The notes under the pieces are model-generated. The model saw nothing but the letters and a program-made list of their open reading frames with translations. It had not been told where the DNA came from and searched no databases. The translations under genes were made by a program, and so were the position numbers. This document shows positions 35,401 through 44,535 of a DNA stretch of 64,000 nt, one piece after another (the stretch's first letter is position 1; each line of letters starts with the position of its first letter). This DNA is from an uncultured Elusimicrobia bacterium (lineage in GTDB: Bacteria > Elusimicrobiota > Elusimicrobia > 2-01-FULL-59-12), in contig OY969767.1 in the NCBI GenBank assembly GCA_963702895.1, positions 1,440,001 to 1,504,000 on the forward strand, given 5' to 3'.

Positions 35401-36896
35401 CGCGGTCCTGTCAGGGGAGAGGCAAGGGCTTTCGACCATTGGGTCTTGAGGGCCTGAAAAACCTCCTCTGGCGTGATCTGTTTCATGCAATCAAAATGCC
35501 CCAGAGGACAGCGCTGGGCGCCATGAAGACTGCACGGACGGCAGGGAAGGTCCTTTTCGATGACGATATGGCCGGACCCATAAGGGAAGAACCCCAGTTC
35601 TTTGGTCGTGGGACCAAAAACAGCGACGGTGGGCACGCGCGCCGCCACGGCCACATGCATGGGCCCTGAATCGTTGGTGAGAAACGCCTGACACCGTGCA
35701 ATCACAGCGATCAGCTCCTTGAGAGAGGTCTTTCCAACCCAGTTGAGCGGCTTTTGATGCATCATGGAAAGGACACGTTCCATGATCTGCCCGTCCTTGG
35801 GGCCACCGACAAAGACCACCTTAGCCCCCAGCTCTTCGATAAGGCGGTCCGCCACCGCCGCAAAGCCTTCGGCAAGCCAGCGCTTCGTCGCCCAGACCGA
35901 TCCCGCGTGGATGCCAACGAGCGAATCGAACGGCCGCACGGCACTTTCGTTCAGGCGTTTGGAGACCCGCTCTGCCGCCTCAGGCTCTGCCTTGATCCAA
36001 AGGTCGCTGCCCGTGTGCTCCACGCCGAATGCTTTTAAGAGCGCGAGATTCCTTTCGACATCATGGACACCCCAGCGAAAAGGCACGACATCCGTAAGGA
36101 GAAACCTCCCCTGACTGGCAGAAAATCCCACGCGCCGGGGGATGACCGCAAGCCATGCGATCAGGGCGCTCGTCAGAGAGCGGTGCGGAATGATCGCCAG
36201 ATCAAAGTGACGCGCCCTGAGCTGCTGGATGAGCCTCCATTTGGCAAACCACGAACGCTCTTTTCCACGCTTGTCCAGGAGGATGATCTCGGAAAGCGCC
36301 CGGCAGGATGTGAAGACATCTTTCACTTCTGGCGTGCATAAAAGCACAAGACCGCTCTGCGGGAATTGCTCGTGAAGGGCCTCGAGCAAAGGGGTCGTTA
36401 AGACCGCATCGCCCAGGAAGGCCGTCTGGATAATGAGGATCTGGCCCGGCGGGGCAGAAAGTGTCACAGCGGAGCCGCCCTCCAACTTGTGAAGGGCGTC
36501 CATGTAGCGTTCGAGGGTATGTTCTTTCAGGGATTGGCTGTCCCAACGCCAGCGCACAAACAGGCGCCGCGCCAGAGCCGCCTTGCGATAGCGGGCGACG
36601 CGCGTTGCGCCCGAGAACATCGTCACCAGGCGCGACCGGAAATTGGCATGGAGGTCAAGCACGCCATCAAAACCCGCTTTCCGTATCCTCTGACAGAGGC
36701 CGAGGAGCGGTTCTTTTTCTCGGAACGTGATGATCTCGTTGAGGGAGGTTTCTTCCCGCAGCAGCTCCGCATAAGCCTCTTTCACCAGCATGGCGATAAA
36801 GGCCTGGGGATAGCTCGCGCGGAGCCGTTTGAGGACCGGCACCGTCAGGACGATATCACCCAGAGAAGAGAGCCGGATGACAAGGATCTTACGCAT
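35397..36896 (-). CDS. waaF: Heptosyltransferase II-like GT9 with duplicated N-terminal domain
   Basis: RLSSLGD domain followed by QTAFLGD domain, TKRW, NDSGPMH. Confidence 0.75.
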   Translation of the reverse strand: MRKILVIRLSSLGDIVLTVPVLKRLRASYPQAFIAMLVKEAYAELLREETSLNEIITFREKEPLLGLCQRIRKAGFDGVLDLHANFRSRLVTMFSGATRVARYRKAALARRLFVRWRWDSQSLKEHTLERYMDALHKLEGGSAVTLSAPPGQILIIQTAFLGDAVLTTPLLEALHEQFPQSGLVLLCTPEVKDVFTSCRALSEIILLDKRGKERSWFAKWRLIQQLRARHFDLAIIPHRSLTSALIAWLAVIPRRVGFSASQGRFLLTDVVPFRWGVHDVERNLALLKAFGVEHTGSDLWIKAEPEAAERVSKRLNESAVRPFDSLVGIHAGSVWATKRWLAEGFAAVADRLIEELGAKVVFVGGPKDGQIMERVLSMMHQKPLNWVGKTSLKELIAVIARCQAFLTNDSGPMHVAVAARVPTVAVFGPTTKELGFFPYGSGHIVIEKDLPCRPCSLHGAQRCPLGHFDCMKQITPEEVFQALKTQWSKALASPLTGPR

Positions 36897-38151
36897 GGCT
36901 GAGGTCCTTGAGAAGGGCGAGGGTCTTCCGGGTCGCGCCTTGACGACTCATCACAGCCAGCCGGGCCTGCTGCCCCATCTTCTGGCGCTTGGCCGCATTC
37001 TCAAGAAGATCCGCGAGGCACCGCTCGAGTTCGGTGAGCGTCACCTGTGCGCCTCCCCCCTGCTGGACGAGGACTTCCGCGATGCCATGGAAATTTTCCA
37101 TCGAGGGGCCAAACACAACGGGGACCCCGAGCGCGGCTGGCTCAATGGGATTCTGTCCACCCTTGGGAACGAAACTGCCGCCAATCACCGCGATATCGGC
37201 CATCCGGTAAGCGTCCAGCAGCTCTCCCATGGTGTCCCAAAGGACACAGGGACCTGAAACACCCTGCTGCGTTTTCCTGATGGGATGAAGGCCCTGCGCG
37301 ATGAACAGGTTCTCAATTTCCTGGATACGCTCAAGATGACGCGGCGCCCAAATGATCTGAAGGTTCGAAAAACGTGCCCCAAGACTGGTCATGACAGGCA
37401 AGAGCTCGCGTTCTTCGCCATGCCGCGAGCTGCCAATCACAAGGACCGGTCCCTTCAGGGATGCCGCTGACGATGCTGGGAGAGGCACCGGGAGAGGCAA
37501 GTCATATTTCAAGTTGCCGGTGACGTGAATCTTTCGTTGAGGGATCCCTAAATCAGCAAAGCGTGAGGCGTCTTCGTGCTGACGTACGGCCACCAGGTCA
37601 AAGTTCTCCCAGAGCGCTGGGAGCCAGGACCGAAAGCGCAGGTAGGATCGATAGGAATGCGCCGAAATGCGCCCATTGATCAAGGCGACACGGGCTCCTG
37701 AGCGACGCGCCTCACGCAGCAGGTTGGGCCAGAACTCCGACTCCACCGAGATCAAGAGCTTCGGTTGGACGACGCGAAAGACCCGACGCACGACCCAAGG
37801 CAGGTCCACAGGGGCCGCCGTGACCATCGCCGCAATGTTCCGCTCCGTTGCCCAGGCCAGCGCTTCAGGGGTCACCAGCGTAAGAAAAATCTTCACACCC
37901 GCCTTCGTAGGGGCTTCCCGCAGAAACACTTCGATCGCTTTCACTTCACCCAGGGAGACCGCATGCACCCACCACCAGGGACCGCTGGACAGTCGTGCGG
38001 ACTGCTCGAGTGTCAGACGCCCCCACCGTTCTGGCCAGCGCTCGACACCCCGGGCAAAGCGCTTGCGCCAGCGGAGCATCACACCCAGGACGATAAAGGG
38101 GAGGCTGACCAGGACAAGCCCGTTATAGAGCTTATACACCCAGCGCCGCAT
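36889..38151 (-). CDS. waaA: Kdo transferase
   Basis: HAVSLGE, ESEFWPN, TGNLKYD, GGQNPIEPA. Confidence 0.95.
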   Translation of the reverse strand: MRRWVYKLYNGLVLVSLPFIVLGVMLRWRKRFARGVERWPERWGRLTLEQSARLSSGPWWWVHAVSLGEVKAIEVFLREAPTKAGVKIFLTLVTPEALAWATERNIAAMVTAAPVDLPWVVRRVFRVVQPKLLISVESEFWPNLLREARRSGARVALINGRISAHSYRSYLRFRSWLPALWENFDLVAVRQHEDASRFADLGIPQRKIHVTGNLKYDLPLPVPLPASSAASLKGPVLVIGSSRHGEERELLPVMTSLGARFSNLQIIWAPRHLERIQEIENLFIAQGLHPIRKTQQGVSGPCVLWDTMGELLDAYRMADIAVIGGSFVPKGGQNPIEPAALGVPVVFGPSMENFHGIAEVLVQQGGGAQVTLTELERCLADLLENAAKRQKMGQQARLAVMSRQGATRKTLALLKDLSHA

Positions 38152-38798
38152 CAGCAGCTCTCCGCTCCCACGAACCGGTCAGCTTCGCGGGTGACATCAT
38201 CAAGTGCCGCTTTTAACACTCGGGCTTTGTCCGATAGATTATCCGCTGGCAGAACGTTCAAAGGGTCTCCATAGACCATCGCAATGTGGTTGAACGGTTG
38301 GGGCACGACAAACTCATCCCAGCTTTTCTTAAAGATCCAGCGTCGTTTGGCCCCATAAGCGACGGGCACGATCGGGGCGCCTGTTTTTTGTGCCAGATAA
38401 AGCACCCCCGGCTGAACGGACCGGAGGGGTCCCCGTGGTCCATCGGGTGTAAATCCGATGCGCTCACCCTTTTCGACAAGAGATTTTAATTCCAACACCG
38501 CCTCGGCACCGCCTTGGGAGCTCGAGCCTCGGACCGTCTCAAGGCCGAAGGCCTTGCAGACGCCCGCGATGAGCTCGCCGTCTTTGCTGTGGGACACCAG
38601 CGGTCGGATCCGGTCGTGGGCATGCAGATAAGCCAGAAAAACCTGGCGCCCGTGCCAAAACGCATAGATGAAACCTCGTCTTTGCCTTTCGAGGTCTTCC
38701 CGAACAGAACGATGGATGAAGGTAATGCGCGACGTGAGTCCTACAAAGCGTAAATAGGAACTCGCTAAAGAAGCTAACAGAGAGGTCTTAAACCGCAA
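38151..38798 (-). CDS. DUF374 acyltransferase (LpxJ-like); start uncertain
   Basis: FWHG, S.SKDGE, RGSS, TPDGPRGP. Confidence 0.85.
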   Translation of the reverse strand: MRFKTSLLASLASSYLRFVGLTSRITFIHRSVREDLERQRRGFIYAFWHGRQVFLAYLHAHDRIRPLVSHSKDGELIAGVCKAFGLETVRGSSSQGGAEAVLELKSLVEKGERIGFTPDGPRGPLRSVQPGVLYLAQKTGAPIVPVAYGAKRRWIFKKSWDEFVVPQPFNHIAMVYGDPLNVLPADNLSDKARVLKAALDDVTREADRFVGAESC

Positions 38799-39396
38799 CT
38801 TTTTCCACGCGTCCTGGATTTTCGGCGCGCCGCGAAGAACCCTTGCCCACGGGCGTCCAAAAACTGAAGCAGACACGGGAATGAGGCGGAAGAACGGGCG
38901 GGGTCGCCCCCAGGTCAATGCCGATGCGCGAAAGGCCCAGGAGAGAGGCCAGCGAAGAGACAAGGGCCTCGTCCGTCACGAGCTCGGGCGGTGACATCTC
39001 GCAATCTTCCTCCTTCGCCTGTTCCGCGATGAGACGCATCGCAAATTGCTGAGCCTGAGCGAGTGCCTCGTGAAGAAGCGCGGACAGGAGTGCCTCGCGC
39101 TGGGTGTCCAGCGAAGAGGCCTGACGTTCCACTTCCAGTGCGGGCCCGATGGAAACGGCCGCCAGCGACATGGCCACCGCTTCCTTGGGAAGGCTTATGG
39201 ACGTGGTCTTCTCAGCGATCCGGCGAGTGAGCGTGGTATAGACAGCGGCCGGTCGCACCCATTGGACCGATGTCTTGATGAGGCCCTCGATGGCGAGCTC
39301 AAGATCAGGAGACCCCTCCATGCCCTTTTCTTTCTTGAGCCAACGGGCCATCTCACGGGCGCGCAGAGAAACACGGAAGTTCTTAATCTTGGTCAT
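38788..39396 (-). CDS. Hypothetical protein, weak similarity to stand-alone methionine synthase reactivation domain
   Basis: P.AVY, SIGPALE, IGI.L pattern; ATGA overlap with secF. Confidence 0.55.
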   Translation of the reverse strand: MTKIKNFRVSLRAREMARWLKKEKGMEGSPDLELAIEGLIKTSVQWVRPAAVYTTLTRRIAEKTTSISLPKEAVAMSLAAVSIGPALEVERQASSLDTQREALLSALLHEALAQAQQFAMRLIAEQAKEEDCEMSPPELVTDEALVSSLASLLGLSRIGIDLGATPPVLPPHSRVCFSFWTPVGKGSSRRAENPGRVEKVAV

Positions 39397-40331
39397 CGCG
39401 TCACAGGGGTTTTCGCCTGCCCCGGCATGACCGAGGACCGGGAGCGGCGCGCGTGCCATTCGTAAATGATCGGCGCTGCGACAAAGATCGTGGAGTAGGA
39501 CCCCACGAAGACGCCGTAGAGCATCGCGAAGGAGAAATCGTGGATGACATCGCCGCCAAAGAAGAAGAGCACCACGAGCGTCAGCGCAACGGTCATGGAG
39601 GTCATGATCGTTCGGGAAAGCGTTTCATTGATGCTCCGGTTGATCAAGTCGCCGAGAGATTCTTTCTTCGAAAGTCGGAGGTTTTCCCGCATGCGGTCAT
39701 AAATGACGATCGTATCGTTCATGGAATAGCCGGCCAGCGTCAAGATGCCAGCGACCACCGTGACCGTGATTTCCTTATTGAGGATGGAGAAGATGCCCAC
39801 CACGGAAAGAACGTCATGGACCACCGCGATGATGCTGCAGACGCCCCATAAAGTCGATCGAAAACGAAACCCTACATAGATAATGATCAGGACCGCCGCC
39901 CAAAGGATCGCGGAAAGCGCCTGGTCGCCAAGCGCACGCCCGACCGCTGGGCCCACAAAATCCTGGCGCTCGATAATGGGGTCAGAACCGGGCAGCTTCT
40001 CGAGGATCGTGCTTTTAAATTCCGCCGCAAGTTCGTCGAGAGACAAAGACCCTTGGGGGACACGCAGAATAAACGCTGGACGTCCTGTAATGGCCTGGAT
40101 CTCGACATCCGAACGTCCTTGGCTGGCAAGGGCCTCGCGCAAATCCTTCATCGGGACCTCTTGCTTAAGAGCGACCTGCACCAGTTGACCGCCCGTAAAA
40201 TCGATGCCCAATTTTGGCCCGCCTTTCATCGTGAGCGAAACAAGCCCTGCCCCGACCAGCACGGTCGAGAAGGCGTAGGCCCAGTAGCGGTATCCGATAA
40301 AGTCAAAGTGCGTCTTTTTAAAAAGCTGCAT
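39393..40331 (-). CDS. secF: Protein translocase SecF
   Basis: GIDFTGG, GYSMNDTIVIYDRMREN. Confidence 0.97.
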   Translation of the reverse strand: MQLFKKTHFDFIGYRYWAYAFSTVLVGAGLVSLTMKGGPKLGIDFTGGQLVQVALKQEVPMKDLREALASQGRSDVEIQAITGRPAFILRVPQGSLSLDELAAEFKSTILEKLPGSDPIIERQDFVGPAVGRALGDQALSAILWAAVLIIIYVGFRFRSTLWGVCSIIAVVHDVLSVVGIFSILNKEITVTVVAGILTLAGYSMNDTIVIYDRMRENLRLSKKESLGDLINRSINETLSRTIMTSMTVALTLVVLFFFGGDVIHDFSFAMLYGVFVGSYSTIFVAAPIIYEWHARRSRSSVMPGQAKTPVTR

Positions 40332-40342
40332 GGTGGTCCCCT

Positions 40343-41812
40343 TTAAAAGTTAAGCGTCGTGACTTCCCGGTCTTCCATCCAGAAGTCATAGATCATGTGC
40401 GTCACAAAGACAGCCGTGAAGAGGGAGATCATGACGCCCCAAAAGAGCGTCACAGCAAAGCCTTTCACAGGGCCGGTACCGAACTGGAAAAGAAGCCCGG
40501 AAGTGATCAGCGTCGTCACGTGGCCATCGAAAATCGCGGCCCAGGCGTGTTTATAGCCCAAGTCAATGGCCAGACGGACGGATTTGCCTAACTGAAGCTC
40601 CTCACGAACGCGCTCAAGGATGAGGACGTTGGCGTCCACCGCCATCGCGAGCGACAGGATGGTCCCGGCCACACCCGGCAGCGTCAAAGTCGCATGCAGA
40701 GAAGCCAGGACACCGAAAATAAAGAGCATGTTGATGATCATGGCGAGGTTCGCGATCAGCCCTGATACGTTGTAATAGACCGCCATTAAGAGCATGACGA
40801 GAAAGATGCCGATCAAGGAGGACCTGACGCCTGCCTTAATGGAGTCTTCTCCCAGCGTTGGACCCACCGTGCGTTCTTCGATCACCTTCACAGGAGCAGG
40901 AAGCGCGCCCGCTTTAAGGACCGTGGCCAGAAGCTTCGCGTCTTCCGCGGTGAAGTTCCCCTCTATCACAGCATGTCCATCCGGAATCGCCGAGCGAATC
41001 ACCGGCGCGGATTGGATCTGGTTGTCAAGGACGATCGCCAGCTGCTTGTTCACGTTGGCTTCTGTGACAAGGCCAAAGAGCTTGGCGCCTTCCGTATTGA
41101 ATTCAATCGAAACGCTGGGATAACCGGTGACGAGCTGATCGGATCCGCCGCCAAAGGTGATCTTGGCGTCCACGAGCATCGCTCCTGTGAGCTCCGCGGA
41201 GGACTTGACGACGAGATAGCTTCCCGCCAGGCGTTCCGTGTCCTTTCGCTGCGGCAGAATCTGCCATCCGGCAGGCATCGTTTTGGCGAGGTCGGCGGGA
41301 ATTTTCCCAGACTGCTGAAGCTCGAAATACTGATCCAGACTCATCTTCTTGTCGAGCAGGGCCTTGCTGAGCGTGGCCATGAGACCGGCGTCATCCACCA
41401 GACGAAACTCAAGCAAAGCGGTCTTGCCAATCAGTTCCTTCGCCCGCCCGGAATCCTTGATGCCTGGAAGCTGTACGACGATCCAGCGGTCACCCTGGCG
41501 CGCGATCAGGGGCTCGGCAACACCAAATTGGTCAACGCGGTTCCGGATGATCTCAATCGCCCGCTCAAGCGCATCGGCGATTTTGGCTTCCGGCGGGAGC
41601 TTCGACCGATCCAGCTCCAACACCAGGTGCGTACCACCCTTCAGATCAAGACCGAGATTGAGAATCTTTTTCAGGATGGGATCACGCTCTTTCTCGCGTT
41701 CAGAACGTTCCTCCGCAGACATGCGGTACCACTTGACCGTGGGCAAGAGGAAATAGCCTGTCAGGCCGACCAGGGCTAACGTCAAATAAAGAACGACGCG
41801 AGACCTGCTCAT
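40343..41812 (-). CDS. secD: Protein translocase SecD
   Basis: LGLDLKGG, VGPTLG, DANVLILER. Confidence 0.97.
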   Translation of the reverse strand: MSRSRVVLYLTLALVGLTGYFLLPTVKWYRMSAEERSEREKERDPILKKILNLGLDLKGGTHLVLELDRSKLPPEAKIADALERAIEIIRNRVDQFGVAEPLIARQGDRWIVVQLPGIKDSGRAKELIGKTALLEFRLVDDAGLMATLSKALLDKKMSLDQYFELQQSGKIPADLAKTMPAGWQILPQRKDTERLAGSYLVVKSSAELTGAMLVDAKITFGGGSDQLVTGYPSVSIEFNTEGAKLFGLVTEANVNKQLAIVLDNQIQSAPVIRSAIPDGHAVIEGNFTAEDAKLLATVLKAGALPAPVKVIEERTVGPTLGEDSIKAGVRSSLIGIFLVMLLMAVYYNVSGLIANLAMIINMLFIFGVLASLHATLTLPGVAGTILSLAMAVDANVLILERVREELQLGKSVRLAIDLGYKHAWAAIFDGHVTTLITSGLLFQFGTGPVKGFAVTLFWGVMISLFTAVFVTHMIYDFWMEDREVTTLNF

Positions 41813-42150
41813 ACGTGGGTTGTGCTCGTTGGGCTGGAAGGCTCGTGCAAGACCTTGCTGATCGCAGACTGGGTGACATCCACACGCACGTTATCAGCGA
41901 TTTTGATCTGGACAATTCCGCTCCGCACGGAGGTCACCGTTCCCAGAATCCCACCTTGGGTCAGGACCTTATCGCCCGCTTTAAGGTTCTCCATCATGCG
42001 ACGGTGCTCTTTGGCCTGTTTTTGCTGCGGGCGAATAATGAGAAAGTAGAGGATGCCGATCACGACCAGCATCGGGACAAAGCTAATGACAGAATTTCCT
42101 GCTGGGGCCGCTTGGCTCCCTTTGGGTGGGACGCTGACTTGAGAACCCAT
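41809..42150 (-). CDS. yajC: Preprotein translocase YajC
   Basis: YFLIIRPQQK, GDKVLT.GGI.G. Confidence 0.96.
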   Translation of the reverse strand: MGSQVSVPPKGSQAAPAGNSVISFVPMLVVIGILYFLIIRPQQKQAKEHRRMMENLKAGDKVLTQGGILGTVTSVRSGIVQIKIADNVRVDVTQSAISKVLHEPSSPTSTTHV

Positions 42151-42154
42151 ATGT

Positions 42155-43438
42155 TTACTCTCCTTGGCTTCCGTAGACTTCGAGAAACTTTCTCTTTTCT
42201 TCCTTGAAGTTACCGTCGATAAGAGATTGGCGAATTTTTCGCATCAATTTTAATAGAAAGGCCACGTTATGTAAAGACGCAAGGCGAAGGGCCGAGAGCT
42301 CTCCAGACCGGAACAAATGATGCAGGTAAGCGCGCGTGTAGCGACTGCAAAGATCGCAGTCGCACGCAGGATCAACAGGTCGGAAATCCTCACGGTAGGG
42401 CGCGTTTTTGAGGTTCAGTTTTCCCTGGGAAGTGAATAGCTGCCCGTTACGACCGTTCCTGGTCGGTAACACGCAATCAAATTGGTCGATCCCCAGGTCG
42501 ACCGCTTCCCATAAATCTTCCGGGGTCCCCACCCCCATCAGGTAGCGGGGCTTGTCCTGAGGCAAGAGATCCGTGGAGAGCGCGATCATCTCATGCATCG
42601 CGGCCTGGGGCTCGCCGACCGAAAGGCCTCCGATCGCGTAACCCGGGAAATCGAGGTCCACCAGTTCCCGGGCGCTCTGCCTGCGGAGTTCGGGATAGAT
42701 GGAACCCTGGGTGATGGCCCACAATTGGGGTGGTGTTACTCCTTCCCCCCTTGTGGGGGAAGGCAAGGGATGGGGGGATCGTCCACCCCCACCCTCACCC
42801 TCCCCCATCCAGGGGGAGGGGCACTTTTTCATAGCGTCCTGGCAGCGCTTCGCCCAGCGCGTCGTGATCTCCAGAGCCCGGCGCGCGTGATCTTCCGCGC
42901 AAGGGTAAGGCGGACATTCATCGAAACACATGAGGATATCGGAACCGATCGCCAGTTGGATCTCCACGGCTTTCTCCGGGCTTAAAAAATGGAGCGACCC
43001 GTCCAGATGAGACCGGAACTCGACGCCTTCTTCCGAAATGCGCCTGAGCTGTTCCATGCTAAAAACTTGATAGCCCCCCGAATCCGTCAGAATCGCGCGG
43101 TCCCAACTCATAAATTTATGGAGTCCACCCGCTTTGGCGATCACCTCCACGCCGGGGCGCAGATACAGATGGTAGGTATTGGCGAGGATCAACTGGGATT
43201 GAAGTCTTTCAAGGTCCTGGGATAGGAGCGTTTTGACGGACCCCTGTGTGCCGACGGGGGCGAAGACCGGCGTATCGACCACGCCATGCCGGGTCATCAA
43301 TCGGCCAACCCGCGCCTTGGAACCCGCGCACCGTGCCACGACCTCAAAACACCTGTCACCCCGGCGGAAGCCGGGGTCTATCATGATGGATCCCCCGCTT
43401 AAGACCGCGGGGGATGACGATTTTTGCGTTTCTGTCAT
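42155..43438 (-). CDS. tgt: tRNA-guanine transglycosylase (with repeat-derived insertions)
   Basis: NTYHL, TDSGGYQ, GGLSVGE, DCVLPTRNGR, CxCxxC...H; ATGA overlap with queA. Confidence 0.97.
   Translation of the reverse strand: MTETQKSSSPAVLSGGSIMIDPGFRRGDRCFEVVARCAGSKARVGRLMTRHGVVDTPVFAPVGTQGSVKTLLSQDLERLQSQLILANTYHLYLRPGVEVIAKAGGLHKFMSWDRAILTDSGGYQVFSMEQLRRISEEGVEFRSHLDGSLHFLSPEKAVEIQLAIGSDILMCFDECPPYPCAEDHARRALEITTRWAKRCQDAMKKCPSPWMGEGEGGGGRSPHPLPSPTRGEGVTPPQLWAITQGSIYPELRRQSARELVDLDFPGYAIGGLSVGEPQAAMHEMIALSTDLLPQDKPRYLMGVGTPEDLWEAVDLGIDQFDCVLPTRNGRNGQLFTSQGKLNLKNAPYREDFRPVDPACDCDLCSRYTRAYLHHLFRSGELSALRLASLHNVAFLLKLMRKIRQSLIDGNFKEEKRKFLEVYGSQGE
42741..42820. repeat. Inverted doublet of REP-like hairpins inside tgt
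   Basis: CCTTCCCCC..GGGGGAAGG and CCCTCCCCC..GGGGGAGGG; translates as PSPxxGEG twice. Confidence 0.85.
43355..43418. repeat. GTCAYCCCGGC-type palindromic element in tgt 5' end
   Basis: GTCACCCCGGCGGAAGCCGGGGTCTATCATGATGGATCCCCCGC...GCGGGGGATGAC. Confidence 0.85.
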
Positions 43439-44535
43439 AGAATCAGCATCGCGTCACCATAAGAGTAAAAGCGATAGCCCCGTTGGATGGCGACTTCGTA
43501 AGCGGGGCGCAGCGAGAATGGCGGTATCGGAGTATCGGAGTTTCGGGGTATCGGTGTTACATCAGCTCTAACCCCGATACTCCGGTACCCCGTTACTCCG
43601 GTACGGTCACTGTAGAAGGCGCACGCCAAGAGCAGGGGCGTCGAACCGGGGAGGTGAAAGTTCGTGATCAGGGCATCGACGGCCTTAAAGCGGTAGCCGG
43701 GATAGATATAAAGCTTGGCCTCGCCCCGGCCGGAAGAAAAGGTCCCCGACGCGTCGCAGATCGTTTCCAACGTCCGCGTCACGGTTGTGCCAACCGCGAT
43801 CAGGCGTCGGCCTTCCTGCTTCGCCCGATTCAAGGCCTTTGCCGTGTCGGCGCTCACTTCATACATTTCGGAAAGCATCGGGTGTTCTTCGATGGTTTTC
43901 GTTCGAACAGGACGAAACGTCCCCCAACCCACATGTAAAACCAGCGAGGTCGTCTCGATCCCTCTGGACGTGAGACGCCTTAAAAGATCCTCCGTGAAGT
44001 GGAAACCCGCTGTTGGGGCCGCGACAGCCCCCTCCGTCCTGGCATAGACCGTTTGATAGCGCTCGACATCCGCAAGATTGACAGAGTTGCGCTTGATATA
44101 AGGAGGCAGCGGCATTTCCCCATGGCGATCCAGATAGCTCCGGATATGATTGCTTGAAAACATCAGCCGCCATTCCCCTTCCGCCAAACGCTCAGACATC
44201 TCGGCACGCAGGCCCTCCGGAAACTGGAGGGTCGTCTTTTGTGTCGCGCCTCGCACAAGCGCCTTCCAGGAGGCATCCTCTTGGGCCAACAGCAGGACCT
44301 CCACTTTGCCGCCGGAAACCTTCGTTCCTCTTAATCGGGCTGGGAAGACTTTCGTGGCGTTGGTCACGAGCAGGTCGCCTGGCCGAAGATGTTCGTCCAG
44401 TCCAAAAAAATAGTCGTGGTTGAGGGTTCCCTGGTTCCGGTCCAGGACCATGAGGCGTGAATGATCGCGCGGCGAAACAGGAGCTTGCGCGATTGTGCCT
44501 GCCGGTACATCGTAATGAAAGTCCTGTAATTTCAC
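43435..44535 (-). CDS. queA: SAM:tRNA ribosyltransferase-isomerase
   Basis: PLPPYIKR, AAPTAGFHF, TNFHLP, YSYGDAM. Confidence 0.97.
   Translation of the reverse strand: MKLQDFHYDVPAGTIAQAPVSPRDHSRLMVLDRNQGTLNHDYFFGLDEHLRPGDLLVTNATKVFPARLRGTKVSGGKVEVLLLAQEDASWKALVRGATQKTTLQFPEGLRAEMSERLAEGEWRLMFSSNHIRSYLDRHGEMPLPPYIKRNSVNLADVERYQTVYARTEGAVAAPTAGFHFTEDLLRRLTSRGIETTSLVLHVGWGTFRPVRTKTIEEHPMLSEMYEVSADTAKALNRAKQEGRRLIAVGTTVTRTLETICDASGTFSSGRGEAKLYIYPGYRFKAVDALITNFHLPGSTPLLLACAFYSDRTGVTGYRSIGVRADVTPIPRNSDTPIPPFSLRPAYEVAIQRGYRFYSYGDAMLIL
43523..43604. repeat. Inverted octamer tandem repeat inside queA
   Basis: 4x RGTWTCGG, spacer, 4x degenerate CCGATACY. Confidence 0.85.
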
